Shown piece by piece: positions 23,480 to 38,050 of a stretch of 64,000 nucleotides of DNA (position 1 is its first letter; each line of letters opens with the position of its first letter). The notes under the pieces were generated by a model. That model saw only the letters and a list, made by a program, of their open reading frames with translations. It did no database searches and was not told where the DNA came from. This stretch comes from Cycas panzhihuaensis (lineage: Eukaryota; Plantae; Cycadophyta): contig CM041465.1 of NCBI GenBank assembly GCA_023213395.1, positions 137,709,741-137,773,740 of the forward strand, given 5' to 3'. The translations under genes and the position numbers were made by a program.

Positions 23480-26400
23480 GTCAACATCTGACCTTACAGA
23501 CACCCACACCACTTCAAGAAGGAAATACAACAAATCGCCAAGAATTTGTTACAACAAGGAGCTATTGTGGCCAATTCCAAATTTTTCTATCACCAGTTAT
23601 TTTGATCAAAAAGAAGGATGGGTCGCATCGGATGTGTGCTCATTATCTTGCTCTCAACAAGTTAACAATCAAGAATAGGTGTCCAATGCTATGGATTGAC
23701 GTTTTGTGAGATGAACTACATGGTGCTAAGAACATCTCTAGGATTGATCTTACTTCAAAGACATGCATAAAACAACTTTATAGACACATCAAGGCTTATT
23801 TGAGTTTTGGGTGATACCATTTGGGCTGGTTAATGAATCAATAACATTCCGATGCACCATGAACATGGTGGTTAAACCATTTATCAAGAAACTTGCCCTA
23901 CTATTCTTCAATGACATTTTGATTTATAGCCAAACATTAGACAAATACTTGGAGCATTTGTAGGAAGTTTTGCAAGTCTTGGAAGAAAACCAATTCTTCA
24001 CAAATAAATCCAAATCCACCTTTGGACAAATAGAACTAGAATATTTGGGGCATATCATCACCCAAGACAGTAGTAAAGAAGGATCCTAAAAAGTCCAAGC
24101 CATCGTGAATTTGCCCACGCCAAATCTTATCGCAAGTGCCAGATATTTTTGGGGCGCTTGGATTTTGTGACACTTCATAAAAGGATATGCAATCATAATA
24201 GCACCGTTAACGAGCCTCACAAAGAAGGGAGCTTTCATATGGCACCAACCAGTAGAACAAGCTTTCCAAGGATTGAAGAATGCCATGCTCACTACCCTGT
24301 TTTAGCTACACAAGACATAAGAGAACCGTTTGTTTTGGAATGTGATGCTTAAGGAGTTGGATTAGAAGCAATTTTGCTTTAGAACAAGCAACCCATAGCT
24401 TACGAAAGTCAGAGACTAAATTCAAGAAAACAACTAAAACATATTTACAACAAGGAAATGCTTACAATTATGCATGCCATCCACCAATGGCAATAATACT
24501 TAGTAAGGAGCAAATTCTTCATCAAGACTAATCATGACAGACTTAAATATTTCTTGAATCAAAGGGTTTTATCAAACAAGTAACAAAAATGGGTAAGCAA
24601 ATTGCCAGCTTTCGACTTTGGTATCATCTACAAGAAAGGGAAAGAGAATGTGATGGTAGATCCACTAACTAGGAATCCAAAGCAACCCACCCTTTGGGCA
24701 ATTTCAATGGCCACACATAGTTGGAAACATGAGTTGGTACAAGAATACCAGAAAGATCGAGGGCACAACATATACTCTAAAAAATCCAGGCAAGAACACA
24801 AACGAAATACAGATTATGGACTGATTTAATTTTGCATAGGGGGAAGAGCTTTGTCCCTCATACATCAACACTCGAGGAGAAGTTCATCCAAGAAGTTCAT
24901 GTGACACCATTATTAGGGCATAGGGATCGACAAAATGTATTTCCAAGTCCATAATATATTTTTCTCGAAAAGTTTGAAAGTAGATGTCTACAAGTTTGTA
25001 TTAGAATGCGACACTTGTCAAAGAACAATAGCGAAAATATTAGAATTCTAAGATCACTTTACCCGTTATATATACTAGAACAAAAATGGGAGGAAATATC
25101 AATGGATTTTATAAGAAGTCTATTGAGATAAGGAACTAAGGACTTGTTATTTATAGTAGTGGATCAATTAGCTAAGTATACACACTTTAGAGGTACTCAG
25201 TCCATAGTTAAGGCTAGTCAGATTGTCAATCTATTTATTAAAGAATTTTGCGGACTACAGGGTTTTCCTAAAGTGATAGTAAGTGATCTAATCTAAAATT
25301 CATGAACAACTTTTGACATGAGATGTTCCACCAAGGAGGTACTAAGCTCACAATGAGCATAGCCTATCATCCACAAATAGAATCAGTGAATAAATGTTTG
25401 GAAGGCTATCTTCAGAACTTTTCACCTAATAAGCAACAACATTAGCATAAGTGGTTATATCCAACTGAATGGTGGTACAATACCACCTATCACACCTTGG
25501 TCAAGATGACTCTTTTAGGCATTATATGGTTATGAACCCCTATCTCTCCTCCCATGGGCCAATAACTCCTTGTACTTGTTGTATAGGACCAACAACAATA
25601 GTTGGCTTAGATAGTCCAAATTTTGAAGGACTATTTCAACTTAGCAAGGAACCATACGCAATAAAAAGTTGATTTGCATAGATTAGAAAGGTTGTTTGAC
25701 AAAGGAGGTGGGTTTTTTTTAACGCTTCAACTATATAAACAATTTATGCTAAAGCAGGCAAGTTGGTTTAAATTGTGGCCACAATTTTATGGGCCTTATT
25801 AGATCTTGGAGAACGTACAAGAGGTAGCCTACCAACTTGATCTACTACTTAACAACAAAGTGCACAATGTATTGCACGTCTCTTGTGACAATACTTCCCA
25901 TGATAATCAAGACAATACTTCCCATATTAGACGAAGAAGGATAGTTTACTATAGAACCTGAAGCCATTATCCATATTCAAACTAAGCAGCTTTGCTCTAA
26001 GAAGATTTGTGAGTATTTGATCAGGTGGAGAGGCCTCAACAAGGAAGATGCCAATGGGGAATCAAGCATGGTGCCAACAACATTCTCACATTTCCATGTT
26101 TTGAAGGCAAAACATGTTTTCAACAGGGAGAACTTGTAGCATTTCTTTTGAATGCATAACTAGGCTCTACTCTTAATATTTTGTTCTTTATTTTTCTCTC
26201 TTAATTTTGGTTGGATGCCTTTCTCAAAACCAACTTCTATTTTTAACTTTTACTTCACCTTTATATGGGGCATCCTATCCCTATTGTAAGGCATCATTAG
26301 AAGATTATCCAATTTGCTATTTTCGGCCCTACCTGGGATTTGTTTTGGGAGGACACCCCATGTTAAAAAGGGGACGTATTGTGGTGTTCAATAATTGTAA

Positions 26401-26514
26401 GTTTTGGACATTTTATAAATAATATTGAACTATTATTATTGTCTTTGTGATTAGTATTTTTAATTAATCTTTGAGATTTGGTTATTTTACTTTAGCAATT
26501 GTCATCATATCACA
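23480..26514 (+). mobile_element. Degenerate Ty3/gypsy chromovirus pol (RT-RH-INT-chromodomain), PPT and 3' LTR
   Basis: KKKDGSHRMC..YLALNKLTIKN; FFNDILIYS; LEYLGHII; PFVLECDA; KKGKENVMVDPL; EQKWEEISMDFI; WPQFYGPY; EPEAII...EYLIRWRG chromodomain; CAGGGAGAACT followed by TGTAGCA at 26135. Many stops. LTR end uncertain. Confidence 0.88.
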
Positions 26515-26619
26515 TGGTATATTTGGATTTGCTTTGCTAAATAGCATAGATCTGTGTGTTTTCAATTGTTTTTCATATGAATGCCCACTATGATTCCTAT
26601 AGATTGCCTTTGTGTTAAA

Positions 26620-29600
26620 GAGTTTGCCTTAATCATATGAGAAGTTTGTCATAGTTTGACAATAGTTGAGAAACTCCGCACAATCACTTTTAATGAACTT
26701 GAGGGTTTGCTATTACAACAAGAGTAGTTGTTGAAAGAAAGTAATAAAGGCAAAACATTTGGTGCATATGCAATAAAGTACAAAGGGCATAAGCTCTTTA
26801 TTTAGAAGAAGAATGTTGCTCCCAAGGAACATAATGCTTAGAAGAAGGGTCTTAAGTTCTTTAAAGGGCTAGGTAAATCAAGAGTATGTTATTACTATGA
26901 TAGACCTAGGCACTTTAAAAAAGACCGTAGAAAGTTGTAATATGATTAATAGAAATAGTATGATTAGTTGAAATAGCAAAAGAAACAACGGTTTGGTTCT
27001 TTTTTTGGTCATTCTTCAAGTAAGGATGAAAAGGAATGACTCTTCATACCAATTTAATAGTTGAGGTATAATTTTGATGAAGCTTGTTATATTGATTCAA
27101 GTGTTGCTAGACACATGGCATACAAGTTAGAATGGTTTAGACATGTGTGGGAGGCTAAAAGTCAATTTGTTATACTTGGTGACGACTCCATACTACAAGC
27201 TGAAGGAATTGGCTTGGTCTTTATAATTACACCAAGTGGTGAGAGTACTTACATCAATGACATTTTGTGTGTACCTAGACTAATGAAGGATATGATCTTT
27301 ATTAGTCAAATTAAGAAAAATAACATGAGTGTTCATTTTGAACATGGCAAATATATAATCAAAGATAGTAATGGAAAAGTCGTAGCAATAGGTATAGAAG
27401 AAGATGGCCTTTATAAGTCGAAGGCATAAATGTAAATCAAAGAGCATTTACTACTAATATAACTCAGAAGAATCATTCACGGCTTGGATGCATGGGACAT
27501 TTGAATTAGTCTTGTATTTGGTTGATGCTTAAATTGAATATGGTACATGGCTTACCAAGACTTGAAATAGAAAATTATCTATGTGAACCATGTATAATGA
27601 TCAAGGAACATCAAGAGAAATTTGAAAGAGGTAAAGCCTTAAGAGCAAAAGAGAAATTGGACTTATGTCCACTATGATATTTGTTGACTGTTAGATTGGT
27701 TAAGTGTTAACCACATACTTACATTAATGTAAATGTGGTTAATTAGCGAGTTGATTAGTTGAATGGCCAGAATTAACGAAGAGTTGCATCTCTTTAGATG
27801 GACGTACCATACAAGTTTGTATATATATACCAACCCTTAGATTGGATGTATCATCTCATTATAGTGTAATCAATGTAATGATTGATTTGGCTTAGTGGGC
27901 TTTTTCCTGAAACAGTTTTTCAACATAAATCTAGTGTACTATTCTTTGTTGTTTGATGCTTGTTATGTATGTTGAAGATTTGGATGTATGTTGTGCATGT
28001 TAAACCATTCACAATCTTAACATGGTATCAGAGCAAGCATCAAACAATAAAGAATAGTACACAGGATATACCTAGGAAAACTCTTTTGGAAAATACTGCC
28101 TTCGCTTGGAGATTTCTAATTGAAGCCTAATTCCTTACATTTCCATTAAAGGGGATGCTAGAGTGGTTAAGTTTTAACCATATAGTTAATTAATGTAAAT
28201 GTGGTTAATTAATGAGTTGATTAGTTGAATAGCCATGATTAACGAAGAGTCACATTTCTTTATATGGATGTACCATATGGGTTTATATATATTCCAAGCC
28301 CTAGGTTGGACTGTAATGAATGTAATGATTGATTTGGCCTAGTGGGTTTCTTTCTCAAGAGGGTTTTTCTACATATATTCAGTGTATCATACTTTGTTAT
28401 TTGATGCTTGTTGTGTATGCTAAAGATCTGGATGTATGTTGTGCATGTTAAACCATTTACAATCTTGGCATGAACTAATACTAACAAGATCACTTGGAGG
28501 TGCAAAATAACTTTTTACCTTGATGCTTTCTCGAGGAAAGCATGGGTTTATTCCATAATGAGAAGTCACATGCCTTTGATATTTTCAAAGAATTTAAAGA
28601 GAAGGCTAAAAATAAAAGTGCACAGGTTGAAAATCCTCAGATCTAATAATAGTGGTGAATACACCTCCAAAGAATTTGATCAATGTTGTAAGAATCATGG
28701 AATCAAAAAGTAGTTCACAACTATATATACACCATAGTAAAATAAAATGACAGGAAGGATGAATATGACTCTTATTGAAAATGCCAAGTTAATATTGAAT
28801 GCCAAGAGTTTACTAGATTCGACAAGAGCTATGATGCAACAATTTACTTTGAACAAGAGTCCTATAAAGGTTGTTAGGAATGTGATGCTTGAGGAGGCTT
28901 GGATAGACAGAAAGCCTACAATGAGCCTTCGTAGAATCTTTGAGTGTATAGGATGCATACACATTCCAAAGGAGAAACAATAAAAATTTAATTAAGAAAA
29001 TTTAAATTGCATTTTCGTTTGGTATAATGAGATGGGCAAAACTTATTGAGTGTACAAGTGAAAAATCAAAATGGTGCACACAACTTGTGACGCCATATTT
29101 GAAGAAAGTGACAAGGAGAAAACCCTAGGTTCATTGCAATTTAGGCAGGAGAAAGGAAAACAAATCAAGAAACAACTATAATCAATTTTTCTGAGAGAAT
29201 TTGTCATGTCGGAATCATAACCGATCAATGCATTAGTTGATACTATTGATGAAGAGGAGGGATTTGAGGATGTTAAATCTGAAATCATTTTGCCATCAAA
29301 GAGGTTGCTCAAATGGTATCTAAAAATAATTGTTGATGCATAGTCACTTGAGACACAAGGTAAGCAAAAATCCAAGATGAGACCTATATAAGGGTCAATT
29401 ATGCTCTTATGACATAGGTGCTTAATGCAAAAAAGGCTTCCACTTTTAAGGGGGCAAATTCAGAGAAAAAGTGGAAAGACGTTATAGATGTTGAAATCGA
29501 AAGCAAAGGAGCAAGAATAAAACTTGGGATTTAGTATAATTTCTCAAAGGGAAATGTGCAATTGGATGTAGACGGGTTTATATGACCAAATTCATATAAA

Positions 29601-31278
29601 ATGGCTCGATTGAAATATAAAACTAGATTAGTGGCTAAAGGCTTCAAGTAGAAAGGAGGAGTTGATGATCATGAGACGTTTGCTCTAGTAGTAAAAATGA
29701 TGACTATAAAGATCATACTTGCTTTCACTTCCTAATTTAAATGGAAATTACACTAGTTTGATATGAACAGTATTCTCCTGAATGGAGATTTGATAGAAGA
29801 GGTCTATATGGAGTAGCCACTTGGATATGCAGAGGAGGGTAAGGGATATTTGGTATGTCCCCTCTAAAAAAGGCTTTGTATGGCTTAAGGTAGCTTATTA
29901 AAGCCTGGTATTTTTAAAATTGATGATTGTTTTCATAAGAATGGATTTGAAAATTCGTTAGTTGATTCAAACTTGTATATAAAGGTTCATGATGGAAGAT
30001 TTGTGACCTCCATGCTCTTGTATGCTGGTGATTTAGTCATAACAAGCAATGATACCTCAATTGTAAAAGACTTAAAAGAAGATTTGAAGAACACTTTTAA
30101 AATGATTGATCTTCGACTACTCCATTATTTCCTCAAATTAGAAGTTTGGTAAAGACCTAGTAGGATATCCATTTTACATACTAAATACACATGGAAAATT
30201 TTGGAAAAATTCAGAATGGAGGACTACAAGCCTTTGTTGATCCCAATGGAAGCATGGACAAAGTTATTAGCTTAAGATGAAGGGAAGCAGGTATATGGCA
30301 ATTTGTATGCATAAAAAGTTAAAAGTTACATTTATTTGATTACAACTAAACCTAATATTATTTATGCAATAGGCATGGGATCCAAGTTCATGATAGAACT
30401 AAAGCAAAGCCATTAGAAAATTGGAAGGAGGATTTTGAGATACTTGTAGGAAACACTATAGTATGGACTTGAGTTTACCCACAACAATAATTTTGTCTTG
30501 GAGGGTCTTTTTTATTTAGATTAGGTTGGATGCATCGATGAGAAGGTTCATTTTTAGATACTATTTTAGTTTTAGATTAGTTATTGTAACTTGGAGCAAC
30601 AAAAAACAACCCAATGATGTCATTTCTTTTACTAAAGCACATCATAACGCTGTAGTTGTAGCATGCGAAGCCATCTAGTTAAAATTGTTTCTTGGTGATT
30701 TAGGTTTTTATTAGAAAGGAATTACAAAGTTGGACCATTATAATTCAAGTACATTGAAGATAGCCAAGAATCTAGTGTTTTATGCATGAAACATATTGAG
30801 GTGTGTTATCATTTTATTAGAGAGAAGACTCAAAATGGGGAGATTGAGTTGATTTACAAGCCTATTAATGAAAAGTTGGCATACATCTTCACCAAATTGT
30901 TGGCGCAAGACAAACTTAAGAAGTTTAGAGATGGTATTAATGTTAAAGCCAATGAAATAAACATTAAGGGGAGTGCTAGAATTAATGTTTGCTTGGGTCA
31001 TAATTTAATGTTGTGAGTCCTAGTGGTTAAGCGAATCCTTGACGGGTTAGTTTGAACCATGTGTTATTGAGAGTTACCAAAGTCTTTAGTGGGCGCATGA
31101 CACGAGTTAGGATAATTACCACTCTAATGGATAGTTATTTGGCCAACACTTGTATTTATATCTATATCATACTTTGTATCTCACAATTCAATATTAATAG
31201 AAAATATTTGAAGATAGACTAATTTTACTACAAAATCTTTGTTTGTTGTTCTATTATTAACTCATTTTTTTTCTTACA
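26620..31278 (+). mobile_element. Degenerate Ty1/copia element (gag-PR-INT-RT-RH, PPT, 3' LTR 30974-31278)
   Basis: Zinc-knuckle remnant at about 26885; YIDSSVARHM protease; integrase motifs; RLVAKGF and ETFALVVK RT motifs; KHIEVCYHFIRE and YIFTKLL RNaseH; PPT ATTAAGGGGAG followed by TG at 30974. Confidence 0.9.
27689..28470 (+). mobile_element. TRIM (terminal-repeat retrotransposon in miniature), 782 bp, nested in the Copia integrase
   Basis: LTR1 27689-28022 (TG...CA), PBS TGGTATCAGAGC 28023-28034, about 120-bp non-coding interior, PPT ATTAAAGGGGA, LTR2 28156-28470. Flanks TTGAC/TGAAC are consistent with a decayed TGGAC TSD. Confidence 0.92.
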
Positions 31279-32806
31279 TAGATAATACTTGGTGGGAGTG
31301 AGAGTAGACAAACTCAATATTCTAGGTTGTAGCTTATTTTTAGGGTAAATTTTGATGTAAAAAATTAAATACTATAATCTAAAGCATAGTATCATAACAC
31401 TAGTTTGACAAAATGACAAAATACAATTGGCAATTTAAAAATCAAATTAGTAATTAGATTAAACTTACGGCTAAAAGGAGGTTATTGATAAATTACAACT
31501 AATTGCTAGGAAGGGTTTAATAAACTAGGTTTAGGTTAATGAGACATGGAAGTTTGGCTGAATGCTTGAATGTTATGTAATGTTTGAATGCTCACATGTT
31601 ATGAAAAAAGGAAGAAAGAATAAAATTTTAAGTCAAAGAATATTTCTAATAAAAAAATTTCTCTAAGATATTTTAAAACATAAATTTTATAATATTTATG
31701 CGAAAATATTTTTTATTATTATATTTTAGACTAGGTCGGGTGTTGGGGCACATCACTTAGTACTACATTTTGATGTAAAAAATGTTCCAAGTTGGACTCC
31801 TAAGAGATTTCTAGGGGTGAACGGAATGAAAGGGTGACAAATTCCAACAAACTAGAAACTGATTCTCTCTTCAAAACTCAACATCTTTAAAGAAAAAATA
31901 AATAAATAAATTTAATATTTAATTTATAACTTCACAAGAAATATAAATATAAGCATACTAGGGAAAATCAAGTTGATCTATGTTAGTGATCGGTGAGCAT
32001 TTTTGCATATCAATTTGGCGAGGCTCCTTCGAGTGTCGCGTGTTTTTGTTTTCGTGCGAAGATGAATGGGCATGATAGGGATCAACCCCTGTGCAGTACC
32101 ATGTATTTCTGTTCTTCCTTGATAGTGAATTGAATTTACTATTAACTATGCCTATATTATATTTCTTGTGTTCGTTGCATGAGAACGAATACAAGGTAGA
32201 ATGGGATGAAGCAAGGTCTTAGATGTGAATGCAAGAAGAGGGAAATGCACTCTAGAGTGCAAACGTGATCTTGCTGCTGGGAATCTCACACCTACAAGCT
32301 GTAAGAGTGGAAAGAAATGCAAACGGAGGCCACCTGCTCTTGGGTTTCTGAATACTAACGATTGGAACGGATGCAGGGAAAGCAGTTAGGTCAAAATCTG
32401 AGTAGAGGCCAAGGATTTTAAGGATGAGGGATCTAGAGGAGTGTTGAGTTTGTAAGGAAAAAAAGATAAAAAGACCGGAAGAAAATTGATGATTTATCTC
32501 CGTAATCGATCCGGAAAGAATTGGCTCGATACCAATCAGAGGGTCCCGCCACTCCAAAGATACAACTGGGACCATGTTCTAGCAAAATTGGCTCCAAATG
32601 GAGATACCTGAAGGTAGAATAATACAAAGAACAAATATTTGATGCCCATTCCCTAAGGCTGCAACCCTTATAAGTAGACACACGCTAACACCCACATGGT
32701 GTGGTTGGCTTCCTAGCCATCTTAGGCCACTATAGGGTTAGTAAAATCGCTGAGGTCGGTGATCGTGGGTCAATGGAATCGACATGAGGTTAGGGATTTG
32801 AGTTAG

Positions 32807-32880
32807 GACATGTGCCCAAGATGGCTTTTCAAACCAACACGGAGACATGTGCCCAAGATGGCTTTTCAAACCAACACGGA
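32807..32880 (+). repeat. Perfect 37-bp tandem duplication
   Basis: gacatgtgcccaagatggcttttcaaaccaacacgga twice. Confidence 0.95.
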
Positions 32881-35800
32881 GATGAAATTATGTTCATACC
32901 TTTCAAGGTTGTGCCATTGAATTTGCAACCTTCCAAATTCATGGGAACAACTTGAGAACTATTCATTAAAAAGTTTGTAATCCTCTTATTCGATGATGTG
33001 GTATTATCGAATATTGCTTTTTCCATGCTGCATCAATTTGGTTAAGAAAGAATAAACTATTTGGGGCTTTGCCTCGCCTGTAATAGTAGTTCAAAGGGTT
33101 GATGAGAGGGAACATTAGAGCAATCAAAAGTTGATCTAACCCGTAACCTCTTGCAACATGGAGCCCTTTCTGGTTAGCTTCGTCTGCAGATGATTTGTTT
33201 GAGACTTTCACACAAAGAAGCCTCATTCGACAAGAATTTTTGAGAGTTACTTCCATTAGATCGGAGTTCTTGGAAGTGTCATTGGGGTTCTGATCATTGA
33301 AACCAAAAAAGTCATTTGCTTCAAGAACAAAAATGATGACAGTGAGTGGTTAAGAGCTATAGATGTTCGCCGTATGTTGTGTTTTAGTGATAACATCTAC
33401 AAGTAACATTACTTCCCAAACTGATCGCCCAGCTTGAAGTATCATCTGACCCAATTGGTGCTTGCTTAATGGGACATAGAAACGATGGGAAAATACCATA
33501 ACAAGGACCGATCGCACCATTAGGACATACAAAGGCATAGTCAAGAAGGTGTGTGTGTTATCCGAATTTTTATTGTTAAGTGATTGCTACCATTAGATTT
33601 CTAATTTAGCGTATTCGTGACATACTTTGTTTTTGTCTTTGAACAACATAGTGCTTAGAGATAAATAGAGGCTGCAGGGGAAGAATGCATTCTTGCACAA
33701 CACTCCTTTTTCATAGATCAATAGGGATTTATCAGAGAAGGGCGAATTTTCATCCCGCCTAATTACGAATTTGGAATGGGGATTGCCATTCACACCCTAT
33801 CAAGGTCACAAAGGATTTGGGAAAAACATGTTTGAACATAAGAATCGATTTTTATCATGCCAGTTTTTGTATGAGGATAAAAAACGGTAAGTTAAGAAAT
33901 TTGTCAAACGAACGTTCCCTATCCTGAGCCAACAAGTTATTGAATGTTTCTGTTTGTGGATTTGACTTTAGATTAGATTAAATGAGTCCTATAGGTGGCC
34001 CGACAAACCCGCCTAGTGGTTAGATGAGAAATATGCAATTGCCGATTGAATCACTAAGCGACAAACTTCCCGGCCAAGTGGACCATACAAAGCCTCTCTT
34101 GTGACATAATCCTTTTTACTTATGGGAACATAAATGTCTTAAGGGTTCCACCTATCACCCTCGATTCATGTCCAAACATGTATACGATAGAAGACTTGGA
34201 AGAGTGTGTTCAACACTTGCTTGTAAAATGACTAGTTTTATAGTGTTCTTACATAAATTTGTAAGAATATCTCTAGTTGCATCAAGATTTGAGGCCTTGT
34301 TTGGATTTAGGGCTTATATGAACATTTCTTGCGTATGTAATACGATTTACTCACAAGAGAATGCACCGATGACATGGTGAAAGAGTCAACGCAGAGTCAT
34401 GGTGCCAAGACTTGGGAGACCTCTCTTGACCTTCACTTTGATGACCAATTCCATTCATATTGTGATGATTTAATGTGCAAATAAAATAACTATGATGTGG
34501 TTAGGTGGCTATTACACCCAACATGATTATAGAAGAGGCTTTAAGTTGCAGTTGCAAACTCTTGCAATTTATCTTGTTCTTTGGATTTTTTCAAGATCGC
34601 TTGTTCCTCGACAAATATGACCCTTATTTGGGTTGATTTGCTAGCTTAGCCTCGAGTAGACTCGGATGTGGATTCTTCTGCTCCACCGCTTGTATAAATA
34701 TTGTTGTGTATGAGATTTGTGGTATAAATATTAATGCTTTAATAATGACATTGATTTAAAAAAAATAAGCTATGGAAATTAGATGTCCTAATCATGCGAT
34801 GTTGTTGTGTGCAACTACCACATATATCCTCTTTATCTGCTTCACCGTAAAGTTAGATTAAACTCAACAGGTTGTAAGATGGCTTGGATTCGTAACAAGG
34901 CAACTGTGAAGACTTGAAGTTGTAGCATATATATCCTTTTATCTACTTCACCGTAAAAGTTAGATTAAACAAAGGCAAGAATAAGGTTGTTTGGATTCAA
35001 ACCAAGGCAATCTGTTAATACTTAATTGTGCAAAAAGACTCTCTGAGAGTAATGTGGCCATTCATTTTGTAATTAGCATGATCGGAAGTGTAGCAAGAGT
35101 CTTGCTTATTCGGCATTGATTTGAAAATTTGGCATAGAAAGAGTGAAGTCACTGCATTGAAATAAATAAATAAGACTTAGAAAAGAGATGTTCCACCTTC
35201 GCCTGAGAGGCAAAATTGTGTTGTTGATACTTGTTGGTGATGTTGTATATTTATACATGGACTTTCTATTAGCATTCAAAATGTTTTAAGGTGCATTTGT
35301 ATGTTGTGAAGTATTGGGATTTCCTATTGCGTATGTTCACACCGAGCAATTGTGTTTCTGCATTTATCGAAAATGAAACCCGCAAAAGATTTTGAGTGCA
35401 AACGATTATTTTCATGAGGAAATGTTTTGCTAAAGCGGGATTGAAATATGCTATTTGACATTTCCATGGAAGATTTGGCCCAAAACTTATTTATGGAGGC
35501 AAGTACGAGATACAGAAATGTAGTATTAATTCACAGTTGCACAAGTTACATGATACTTCAAAATCATCACACAATATTTTGTGAGGGGCAGCTTTTAAAT
35601 AATGTGTTTTAATTCAAAATCTGATCTGTTTACATAGAAAATTTAAAATATGACAGGTTATAAAGAAAATTCGAAAATATATAGACCTACAAAATAAAAT
35701 AACAATTCTCTACATAGAAATAGAAATATAAATGGAAGTATATTAATGTTCTCAAATGACCGAAACAGTCAATGGTACTGGAGAAAAGATGTCCTACATA

Positions 35801-36559
35801 CAATACATGGATAGGGAGTGTGCAGAACTTCTCCAATCCAAACCCATCTAAGACCATCTAGTGATGCACATATGAGCAATAACAATAACAATATATTGGC
35901 TAAATAAAGTAATACACGAATTCATCAATAGGAAGTGTGTAGAGCATCTCCAGTGTAAGCCTGTCTAAGACTGCCCAGTGATGTATGTATGAGCAATAAC
36001 AATAACAATGCCTTGGCCAAATAAAGCAATAGATTACTTTGAATGCCGTAATCTCTACATGAGAGATCCTAGAGTTTGACAAGGTTGATACAAGAGGTGT
36101 CTCTCATCCTCTATCATGATCTGGAAACCCTAATGATCTCGTCTTCTCCATTAACTCCTCTGAAGTTCTGTATCACCCATTGTATAAAGTCATTGAGTGA
36201 GTTGTCGATGAATTGCTATTGCAGTACCTTGAGGGGTGATTCCCTTTGATGCCAAGATGTGTTTTTCCCAACATGGAAGGCCAAAGTCTACAAAGGTTTT
36301 AATTAAGGACTAGTAGAGTTTGCAAAATGTGCAAGAGGAGACCTAGCAGAGGAGCCTTGATATGAACCTTTGGACTCTTTACACCTTGGTCTGGTAGTCG
36401 TCCCTTTATGTGGTGGCCTGCTACAAATTGAAAGTGTGTGAGGTGGATTAGAGATTTGAGTATGTGAACAATGTTTGATATGCTGTTGATTGTCTTGAGA
36501 GACTGAAGGGCATTTTGTCCTGATGCAATAGTCATTGAGCCAAAAAATGATGTAATAAT

Positions 36560-38050
36560 TAACTGCATACTAGAGGGGTTGCAGCTATTCAAGAGTCATT
36601 TTCTCCTGAAAAACTGCTTTTGGAGAAAAAGAGCAACACACCTATGCCTTGTGTAAGAAGTCAAAGTTGGTGAGGATCCTATGGAGGCTCTAAACAGGTA
36701 GTAAAATTTGTCCCTAATCTCGCAGTATTGGGCATCAAAAATAAAATGATCTTCAATCATTGGTTCTGACAAATAAAGCATGTGAATCCTCTCATTTCAA
36801 AGAATAAAATGCTGGGCTTCTACCCTAAATTGGTGAGAGGACACTTCAGACTACCCCATGGGAACTACTAAACCATTCTACATATAGAGGCATATATACC
36901 ATGGTGGATCAATTGTAACATATGTAAATTTGAGAAAATGCTCATGGTAGAAAGTTTAGGACTAAGCTACTCGTGGGAGAAATCCAAGGAACCGGAGATA
37001 TGCTTGGTAAAGTTCATTTCTTATGGCCACATTAATCTCTTTCTCGATAATGAGATTAGGGTTATCTAAGGAACTATGGGTGGAAATTCATCACGTAAAG
37101 CCCAATCATCTACAATACAACCGGATCTTAAATATACCTGCATTTGGAGTTTGTTTGAGATAGATATTGTGAGGAATCTGGGCCAAAAATGGGTATCTAT
37201 CCTTTCGAACACTAGACTCGCCATCCTCCTATCCTTCGTGTAAATGCAAAACAATCCCAAGTATGGCCACCGATTGAAGGGGATGTGCTCCAAACTCTGC
37301 ATGTGTATCACATGTATGCTAAGCATAGCATTTGCACTCCCTCAATCCTTGTCCATTCTAGGGAGGACAGACTTGGTTCTTACATCTCTGCTCCATGTAA
37401 AACCATAGGCCCAGCTAGAGAATCAAAGGATAATTGCTTTGTACATATATCTTGGAAATATATTTGAAAACATTGCTTCTCTAGAAATGAAAGTGAGTCA
37501 TATCCTTTACGAAATTGAGGCCAAGCTATTAGATGTATGACAATATAGATAAAACATCCTTAGAGGCACTGAAAACCATCATCTTATTCATTTCTAATTC
37601 TTCTTGTTCTCAGAAAAAGATGGCAAAGCGTTTGTTATAACCCCTAAGAGAAACTATATTATATGCAAATAATAAAAAGGCAATCAAAACATTATACAAC
37701 ATGCATCCATCATATATATACAAGAGTGGCTTGTCAAATGTACTCTTCAACAACCCTATTTGACTCAAATAGTTTGGGGATCTTTCTACAAAAACCATGT
37801 GGGGTGAGGACTTGCCTTATAATTCTCGTATATAAAGTTACTACACCAAGCATGATTGCTTGTGAGAATTCCAAACAATGTGGATGTAGGAAATGTGGTG
37901 GAATTACATCAGAAGTCTTTCAAAAGTTTAATAAGACAATGGTAAGCCTTACGACGATGATGTTTAACTTCCTCAATGATAGCTACAAGAGAAAATATTA
38001 TGGGGTCATATTTTTGTATGTATAGGATTTAATTGCCTTTATGATGTTTT
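36560..38050 (-). mobile_element. Degenerate LINE ORF2 (RT and C-terminal Zn-finger-like region)
   Basis: LLNF*KTSDVIP (decayed DFxKAFD); I*VK*GC (decayed GVKQGC); VSSHQFRVE; IEDHFIF...YCEIRDKF. Confidence 0.65.
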
